Shown piece by piece: positions 12,401-21,005 of a DNA stretch of 64,000 bases. The position numbers were made by a program, and so were the translations under genes. Origin of the DNA: Lepidodermella squamata. Its lineage: Eukaryota > Animalia > Gastrotricha. Numbering within the stretch: position 1 is the stretch's first letter; each line of letters opens with the position of its first letter. The stretch covers positions 558,001 to 622,000 of the forward strand of contig JBLDXI010000003.1 of NCBI GenBank assembly GCA_047495785.1, read 5' to 3'. The notes beneath the pieces are model-generated. The model was given only the letters and a program-made list of their open reading frames with translations, made no database searches and was not told where the DNA came from.

Positions 12401-15400
12401 TTTTTTTCAACGCGCACTATAAGCTATTTTCAAGGGCACCCGATGATTTCTATATTGAATTTTTTGTGAAAACAAGGATTTTACTGCGCGCGTTTATATC
12501 CTTGAAATTTACGTCATTCTCGTCAATTATAGTCAATAATACGAATTAAAGATGCCACAGGAAAAGTTAATTTATGTCGTCGCCCTACCTCGCGTGGTCA
12601 AGTGGCCGCGCGCGCGTGCGTATGTAATAACTTCGGACACGCACAAACTTCGGTTCGGAGGCGCTTCGGAGAGCATTTGCGGGGCTCTCCAAACCGAAGT
12701 TTGTGCGCGTCCTTTGTTCAGTGCGTGCGCGCCGCCCATTGTTCTCACTTCGGGCGCGCAGTCCGAAGTGCGCGCGTTTGTGAACGAAAATCTCAAACTT
12801 CGGTCAGCGATTACGAAACTTCGGAGGCTAAAACTTCGGACGCGTCTCCGAAGCAGTTTGTGAACGTAACATTACTTTCCTAAAAGCCAAATATGTTCAA
12901 TGATTCGCTTCGAAAAATTATCCGGAATCTTGAAATCAGCTTCAAAAAGGTTCCAGATAATTTTTCAAAGCAAGTGAATCATTCAAAATGGTTCATAGCT
13001 GAATTATTCTACAATTTATTTCCTAGCAATAAGGCAGAGACTGGTCGATATCGGTCGAAGAAAGATTGAAGATATAATTTAGGCTAGGATAATAATCGAA
13101 AATTCCCTATCAGGACATAAGGCTACGAATAAACTTAGTGCATCAACGTTGAAGGTTCCGAACTTAATTTAAGCTATGAAACGAAGCTTAGCAGCCTCTG
13201 CTTCCGCCTAACCAGAGTGCTCGAGTGGTTTAAGAGGTCAGACTTAAGATCTGATGGGAGTAATCCCGCGTGGGTTCGAACCCCACCTCTGGTAAATATA
13301 TTTTATCTCTTTTGGAAACCATCTTCCTGGAAATACCTATTCAGAAATATTTTTTCGAAGGGGTATTTGGAATAAGAATTTCCAGGCAACAAATACGTAA
13401 CAATCTGAGTATAAATAAATTAAAATTCATAGGTTGATAAAAGATCCCAAGATCCTTACTTTCATAACAACTAGACTTCATAGACTGGAATCATAGCTTG
13501 GAATAAGCTTCAGAAAGGTTCCAGATTTTGATCGAAGCTGGTAAATCATTACTAAAATAGTCTATACCAGTGCATTTTTCATTTCAAGCTAAATGCTTTC
13601 TCATTCCTGATCGGCCACGAAACATGAAGGATCTAATGTAGACTAGTATTAAAACTCCCAATCAAAGGTCAAATAAACGTTGAAGGTTCCAGACTTAATT
13701 TGAGCTATCAATTGAAGCTTAGCAACATAACCATAGTGCTCGAGTGGTTTAAGAGGTCAGACTTAAGATCTGATGGGAGTAATCCCGCGTGGGTTCGAAC
13801 CCCACCTCTGGTAAAATCGTTTTTCTACCTCAGGAAAAGAAGTTAGCCTGTTAAAATATCAGCTTAGATATTAAAAATGAAATAATAATTGCGGAACAAG
13901 TTTTTTAATTGAAATTTGAATCAAATTTAAAAAAATATTGTCTTACTTTTTCTTCTCGCCCCCAGCCGCTGACGTAGCACTGGTGACAATCGAGGTCGAG
14001 TCGTAATGCTCATCGCCATCGCCATCAGGCTGCGACGCAATCTGCTGCAACAGCGCCCTCTGCCGCGCCTCCTCGCCCTCGTCGCCGCCCGGGGTCGCGT
14101 AAGACACCTCCATATCGATGCGGTGCTGGGTTGGCTGGTTCGTCTCCGCGTTGACAAACGTCTCATTCACCTCAATGTGCTTCAGTTCCATGACTTGTTC
14201 GAGTGAAATGGGCAGAGCTGACAGGTACTTGTCCCCGCTCCGCTTCACCATGTACAGCTTTATCGCCAGCATATCGCCCTCGTGAAGAGTCGAACCAAGA
14301 GGCCATGAGAAAACCTGATTAGAGAAAATTATTGTCATTTTTTTAAATAATTAATTGCTAAAATTGGGAATTTTTCGATTTTTCACAATTTTCCGAGATT
14401 TTGAAATGATTTCCAAGGAATGAAAAATGCTCCGAAAATTCGGAAGTTTCATTCAAATTTCAGAAAAAATATTCCACGAATTTTTCGCGAAAATTTGATG
14501 ATTAAAATAAGGAAAATCGAATTTTGAAATAAAAAAGCTTACCTGATTGATTTTAATGCTGTCACCATCGGCTTTGACCTTGTTCGACTTATACAAGGAA
14601 CTTTTAAAATCAAGCGACAAATAGTAGTACTGCTTCGGCTCGGGCAGTCCCGCAACCCGGCCGACCTTCACCATCAGCGCCATGACTGAATTGATGCGCT
14701 GCTTTTTCGCTGTAAAAATTAGAATTAATTCACATGGAAATCGACGTAAAATTAGCGAAAATTACCTGGTTTATTACTTTGACCTAGGTTATGCGCACGC
14801 TTTTTGTAGTGGCGGTCGGTTTTATTACTCGAATAATCGGTCGAAAGTGGGTCAGATGATGACGATGGCTTTAGGTTGTCTGTATTGGGCAATGACGCTA
14901 ATAAATTCGCTTTGTCGTCGACGTAGGAAGAATCGTCTACAATTAATTCAAGACGACTTGTTTCTGCTGGGGCCGCGGTAGCAGCAGCAGGTGACGCCGG
15001 CAATACGGTGCTCGCACTTCGGCCATCCTTGAAAAAAACACGCACAAAAATTAATCGAGCGCATAAAAAACTACTCTCGCGTATTAAAATGAGGAAAAAA
15101 GAGACAATTTGACAAGTGAAAAATGGGTTTTTGGCAATCCGAAACACGTATTTCAGGCTATATATCGATCGAATCGTCTCGATCATTTGAATCGTTCAAT
15201 GGGTGTCTCTCGAATCGGTCAAAATTACGTGAAAATTCGAGTTGGGCGTTTTACTATTGGGTACTATTATTTTTTATATGTTTTTTTCCTATTGCGTAGT
15301 GGGATATAGCGAAATGCCTTTTGGCTAATTTCCCATTTATCGCACCTGACTCAGGTATAATACCTATACTACGGCGTTATCTGAATTAATCAGCCCTTTT

Positions 15401-15961
15401 GCCAGGTTGGTGCCAATATGTGTCCAGTATAAGAGCTCAATAAAAAAACCGGAAAGAGCGTAAATTCGAGAAAAATCGCGCAAAATGCCACATGAAATAT
15501 TAATAAAATTGATATTTTCCAGTAAAAATTAATAAAATAAATTGAGAGTAAAAGCGAATTATTTCCTTATTAAAATCTGTATTTTATTTAAAAAAATAAA
15601 AAATAAGGTATTTAATCACAAAAAAATTCAAAAATTGTATACCTGGGAAATTCGTGATATAAACTCAGGTATGAAAAAATCACAACATATAGGTGAAAAT
15701 TTAATAGCGATAACGATATCGAGTGCATGTTGGCGCCGAAAATATGTCATGACCCTGACTATTCTCGTTATCGCGATCGCTCGCCTTTTTTATCTCGATT
15801 TTGCGAGCTGAACACGGCAGATTTTTACTTACTCGAAAATCGACGAAAAAATCATCGAAATTATTTGTTGCCGGTTTAGGATGCGTTAAAATCGCCAAAT
15901 CACTGACGGCCCAAGTATCGGAGCCCGTCCAAGTTTTCAGCTGAGCCTCGGAGCGACTCAT
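3437..15961 (-). CDS. OTOF: Otoferlin-like type-2 ferlin (multi-C2, C-terminal TM), multi-exon
   Basis: Conserved MAL start at 14683 (C2A). C2B at 10706-10517 ([25 protein letters not shown]), C2C at 9605-8345, a 3.3-kb exon at 7448-4185 (FerB, C2D-F: [40 protein letters not shown]), and a last exon at 3941-3437 with [13 protein letters not shown] plus a TM anchor. No DysF domain was seen. In-frame upstream exons lie at 15961-15833 and 15027-14766. Confidence 0.93.
9141..9224 (-). tRNA. tRNA-Leu(TAA), intronic copy 1
   Basis: ACCAGAG/CTCTGGT acceptor stem, TCAGA-CT-TAA-GA-TCTGA anticodon arm, long variable arm, GTTCGAACC B-box, downstream T6 terminator. Confidence 0.96.
11799..11882 (+). tRNA. 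tRNA-Leu(TAA), intronic copy 2
   Basis: Identical 84-nt sequence to copy 1, with TTTT at 11889-11892. Confidence 0.96.
12048..12871. mobile_element. Non-autonomous TIR element (PIF/Harbinger Tourist-like MITE)
   Basis: Imperfect TIRs (TGGTGCGTCCACAAACTAACTTCGGAGA / TCTCCGAAGCAGTTTGTGAACGTAACA), TTA on both sides (12045-12047, 12872-12874), about 15 subterminal CTTCGG/CCGAAG motifs, and an empty paralogous site GATCCTTACTTTC at about 13451. Confidence 0.82.
13211..13294 (+). tRNA. tRNA-Leu(TAA), intronic copy 3
   Basis: Identical to copies 1 and 2, with T-runs at 13301-13313. Confidence 0.96.
13730..13813 (+). tRNA. tRNA-Leu(TAA), copy 4, with acceptor-stem mismatch (G5>T)
   Basis: Begins ACCATAG instead of ACCAGAG, giving T5:C68. 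Otherwise identical; T5 terminator at 13820-13824. Confidence 0.9.
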
Positions 15962-17096
15962 CGTATATTACGAAAAAAACCAGACTTATTTTCTCTGTTC
16001 ATTTTTTTCCAGAGGGGGAAATTTTCGGCGTTTTATGACAGCGATTTGCATAATTTTGAGCAGTAAAAACGGAAGTTATTGCAGACTCACCTGTAGTCAA
16101 TTCGTATTAGAATAAGTTGATGGCTAATGAGTAAGTTGAAATTAGGAAATATTTAATTAATATTCTGCTGAAAAATAGTAAAAATTTAATAAAAAATCGC
16201 TTTCGATCGACTCTTCTGGAACTGTAAAAAAATGAACAATTGAAGAAAAATAAAAAATATGAAAATATGATATTTAAAAAATGTATTGAAAAAATAGAAA
16301 ATTAGATAATAATGTTTAAAAAATTGCTAGTGAATTGAGATTTCGTATTTTGGGTGATTCTCTAAATTTTGGCGCGAATGAGTAACTCTGTGATTTGTTT
16401 CTGCACCGGACTCAGGGGCGGTAATTTATGAGTCTCTGAGCAGCATGTCTGCCTGTCACAGCGATGCTGAAACATACTGGCGGAAAAAACGGGGAAAGAA
16501 GTGAGCGAAAAAAATTAATATATTATAATATACACATCATAGCGCGTATCGCGCGGCAAAACCGAGCAGCTGCCATGGTCGAGTGAATAGGATGGTGGGA
16601 GAGCGGCGCCGGGCAGCTGATCAAACGAACACCTTTTATCATTTAGCGATGTGTTAACAAGTACTTCAATATTAAATTAATTATTATTATTATTCAAACC
16701 GGATGAGAAAAATTTAGCGAAATTTTACAACACCACAAAATTTATTTTTCGTCATAGGCATTATTTGTTCATTCTTTCGCAAAAGTTCATTGAGTGGGCG
16801 AGTTCAAATTCGCGTAGGTTGCGCATTGAACCGGTACAAGAGGTTTGAAGCTATACCTGTGGAATTCATTTTTGAACCTTCGGCACTTGAGGCTTTGCAG
16901 GTTACTAAATTTTCCCAATTGAACTTGAAAAAAACAGTTTGGAGCAGAAATTGTTATCGAAAAAATTCCGATTTTAGAAATTAAAATCAATTCATTTTAT
17001 TTAATTAAAAAATAATAAAAAATTCTGGACATTCCCAACAACGTTGCAAAATATTGGTTTCAAGTTCCAGCTTGAATATCGCGTTGGAGCCATTAT

Positions 17097-17981
17097 TTAT
17101 CGCGGGCCACAACTGCCGCTATTGATGTTTCGCCTGTTGACAACAAAATATATAAAAAATCGTGAATAATTCTAAGAGGAAAAATTCAAATACAACTTAC
17201 ACGACGCAGTTGTATTTAACGTTGCAATCGGCGTTGCTCGCCTTCGGGCAGCCGTTTGTCACGCATGGGAAGCAGTTGGGCGAGCGGCTGGGCGCGGAGC
17301 AAAACTGAACGGCTTCGGATTCGGCCGCTTGACACGCACGAGCGCCGCAGTTCACAACATTACGGGTGCTAAACGAAAATACAAATCACTCAATTATATT
17401 CCGAAAAAACTGATGAAGTTCAAAAATGGCCTAAACTTTTAAATAAAAAAATTAAATTAAAATATTTTACAAGATCACGATAACTGAAAATGATGAAGTT
17501 TCCTAGTAATTTGATGCGAAAAATGGCTGAATCTATATCCAACTTCAAATATCGAGCTGAATTTTCATGAACCTTTCAAAGGTCGATTCGAAGGTTAGAA
17601 ACTCACTTGACGTGAAGCAGCATAGCCCTGCAACCTTCCGGTGTTTCGCGAAACGATCTAATTAAAAAGGTCGAATTGAAAGAAATTGAACTTGAAATAT
17701 GGGGTAGATTATTTACAGCGCTTCAGGCGGGATATCGGTCCACAAACACCTGTGGCAGTTGAGGTTATCTTCTTTGCTCAAAGTAGCCGGGCATCGACGG
17801 CTGCACAAAAAATACGCGAATTTCGTAGTGTAAGAAAAAAATCGAAAATTAATTGAACTTCGGAAACTTACAAGGAAGCTGCGATGAGGCCTGGGCAGGG
17901 TTCCACGAAGCCATTCCACTGGCCAGCTGTCAAGCCAAATGCGGCCATGGCAAACGTCAATGTCGCTAGGAGAGAGGCCAT
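17097..17981 (-). CDS. Small secreted cysteine-rich protein (149 aa, 14 Cys), 5 exons; not in ORF track
   Basis: Exons 17981-17872, 17800-17717, 17657-17607, 17368-17201 and 17133-17097 are joined by four GT-AG phase-2 introns into one open frame (450 nt). Signal peptide MASLLATLTFAMAAFGLTAG; AATAAA on the - strand at about 17001-16996. Confidence 0.85.
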
Positions 17982-19406
17982 ATTTTCGAAAAATGTGAGT
18001 AAAATTGTTGACTTATTTTGAGAGGGAATCTTTCTGTAAGGTTGCTCACCTTTGGCTTAAATACCGTTTTAACGTCCATAATTTTGAGGCTGTGGCGGGT
18101 AATAAAACCCCGCTTGGCCTCGAAGGCGTGGACTTGGACATTTTTATAACGCGTAAAAACACCAATAACGAGCGTCGCGGCGATGACTCTAGGCAAATTT
18201 TTTACCGAGCGGTGTTTACATGAACAAAAAATCTCACCTGTGGGCACATCTCACTTGTAGAGTTTTTGTGATGACTAAAATAAGATAACAATTCAACATC
18301 ACGCCTAAAATAGTTGACCAATTTAATGTTTTATATTTCCATCATACAATCAGTTGAAACCACGATTTTGTCGCGAACTTCAGAATTTCGCGGCTCAACA
18401 GGAGCCTCTCCACATCCGTCTACTATAGTCAGAAAATGTTAGGGTTATATATATCACGCTACAGCCCACAGTGCATTCTCGCAATTTGTTTTCAATAAAA
18501 TGTAAAAATAATTGAAATCCTTACTCAAATAAATGCGTGTTATTGAATATTGGTACTGGGAAATGGGTCCAGTTGAGTAAGACTCTTGCTTCCCCTGATG
18601 CGGGCGGAAAAAATCAATTTGACCTTACCATTATATTTGGTGTTCAAAAATGCACTTATTTGCTAGATTTCATCGTTAGATCATGAGCTTCCTGGCCTTT
18701 CTGCTTTCTGAAAGGTTCCACTCGCGCTGTGCAGTTGCGCAGAGTTGTCCTCGGGTCCAAAATTTCGGATCCGATCTGATCCCGGCGAAGGAAAGTTGGG
18801 AGACTTTTCAATCACTTATTCAGCCTAACCACGCGGATATCCGTTTTCCTTCAATTTTCTCACCAAAACTTGTCATTAAATGGATATTTATGATGGCAAG
18901 TTTCGAGCTATTCGGATCCGGCCAGATCCGGCCCGGGGAAAACTTTGATTTCACAATTAATTTTGCCAGAGTAAAATATAATCAAACCACATTTCATTTC
19001 GAAAACAGTGGATTTAAAATGTTCGCCCGTGACGATTCAATTCTTCTGTTACTTCAAATTAGATGTTCTACAAAAACATGTATACCAGGCAGAAAAGAAA
19101 TTTTCTTTGCCAAGTCCAAGTTTGAGGGCCCAGCCCTGCTTGATAGATTGCACGCGAAATGGGTCGAAAATGGAAAAATTTTGTTCGTCCAGCTCGGTGT
19201 ATGGCGTGCTTTGGAAACACTAAACAATTCGACGTGTTCGACTTGTACGTCATGCCTTCCACGTTAATATATCACGTGTTAAAGCTACCACACGACAGTC
19301 TCTACATAAAACCTCTCTACGGCACTGTAATTTCTCAAAACACGAAATTCTCAAAGCGGAGACTTTTGCTTTTACCGTTCATTCGACTTACATTTCTTTT
19401 ATCGCA

Positions 19407-20267
19407 ATGTCCAAGTTTGCTGCCTTTTTTCTCATCGCATCGGTCATATGCGCTGTAGGCGTGAGATGTCAAGGTCCTCAATCAGCAGGCGATGGAGTGG
19501 ACAAACAATCACCAACAAGACGAGGTAGAATTGCAGAGTCCACTACGACAGAGTCCATCCTTATCGTGAGACGTCGCCAGTGCCTCACAAAGATGTGCCC
19601 GCGCGTTCGCTGCATGGCTAATGCTAAATGTGATCTGCAGATGAATCCTGAAACCAACGAAATGCAATGCGGATGCTGGCGCAACAGAGCTAATAACGGA
19701 TCCAGCGACGGATCTGGCGAACAATCAACAACAACAACTACGGAATCAATCCTTTCCGTGAGACGTCGCCAGTGCCTCACAGATTTCTGCCCGCGCGCTG
19801 ACTGCATGGCTAATACTAGATGTGATCTGCAGGTGAATCCTGAAACCAACGAAATGCAATGTGGATGCTGGCGCAACAGAGTTGATAACGGAACAGGATT
19901 TGGCGAACCATCAACAACAACTACAGAATCCGTCCTTGTCGCGAAACGTCGCCAGTGCCTCACGGAGACATGCATGCATGTTCGCTGCACGGCTACTACT
20001 AGTTGTGATCTGCAGATGAATCCTGAAACCAACGAAATGACATGTGGATGCTGGGGCAACAGAAGTGATAACGCATTTGACGACCAATCAACAACAAGAC
20101 GGGGTAGAATTGCAGAATCCACTACTACAGAATCCATCCTATTCGCGAAACGTCGCCAGTGCCTCTCGGAGACATGCCCGGTTGTTCTCTGTAGAGCTAA
20201 TACTAGATGCGATCTCAAGGTGAATCCCGCAACCAATCAAATGCAATGCGGATGCTGGAGCTACTAA
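19407..20267 (+). CDS. Secreted polyprotein precursor of four 6-Cys peptides
   Basis: Signal peptide MSKFAAFFLIASVICAVGVRC, then four repeats of (R/K)RR|QCL..C....C.....CDL..NP.TN.M.CGCW separated by Thr-rich spacers. AATAAA at about 20366. Confidence 0.88.
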   Translation: MSKFAAFFLIASVICAVGVRCQGPQSAGDGVDKQSPTRRGRIAESTTTESILIVRRRQCLTKMCPRVRCMANAKCDLQMNPETNEMQCGCWRNRANNGSSDGSGEQSTTTTTESILSVRRRQCLTDFCPRADCMANTRCDLQVNPETNEMQCGCWRNRVDNGTGFGEPSTTTTESVLVAKRRQCLTETCMHVRCTATTSCDLQMNPETNEMTCGCWGNRSDNAFDDQSTTRRGRIAESTTTESILFAKRRQCLSETCPVVLCRANTRCDLKVNPATNQMQCGCWSY

Positions 20268-21005
20268 GTTGATAACGGAAATCGAGGCAGCACGAAAACC
20301 ATGGTTGTAACGTCAACTTTTTAGGCTGAACATTAGTTTTATAACTTCCGAAATATTGGCGAGCCAATAAATTTTATCTGATACAATTACGACTAAATCG
20401 AACACGGAGAGTTGTATAGCTTTTACGTTTGAAAAATGACACAGGTACGCGAGCCAGGAGATTAAATGTCCCTTTTTCATGAATCTTTAGGCAAGACTAG
20501 GCAAGCTCGGAGTCAAAAGTTGCGCGCTTTCATGGACAACGCGTCAACTGGTAGCTAAGCGAATGTCCCAGAAACAGGCCAACTAATTGTCGTTTACGTT
20601 TAGCCCATGTCAGATCGAAAATTTAGCTTTACGTTGAAGCGTTAACGTTGAATTACGTTGAAACCTCTCGCACACTTTTCGCATTTTTTCTAAAAGTATA
20701 TTTTTCTACAGTCGGTTTTTGAAGCGGTGAACAAAAAAATTTAAAGCTTTCCACAGCTGACAGCTGGAACTGGTACATTTTGCGTGTGTTTTACGTCACA
20801 AGACATTCACGTATTGAATAGGTAAGAGATAACCTGCGCTGAATGCACAGGTCGATACATTTTGATGCTCATTATCGTAATTAGTCAACTACCGTCATGC
20901 AGCGAGCCCTTCGTCTCGTCACCGACTGACACCTCCTCCTTGCTCAATTACATTGAAAGAGAATAAACCTGTTAAAGACGATGAGCTACAAGTCTCTCAG
21001 ATAAT

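Noticed and set aside
12060-12860. CTTCGG repeats as a CRISPR array or coding ORFs
   Set aside because: The motifs are short, irregularly spaced and in both orientations inside a TIR element, and the context is eukaryotic.
18683-19267. 194-aa ORF
   Set aside because: No recognisable motifs. It contains repeated CGGATCCG sequence and lies between two divergent genes, so it is probably non-coding.
19478-20236. 252-aa antisense ORF
   Set aside because: Shadow of the repetitive polyprotein gene.
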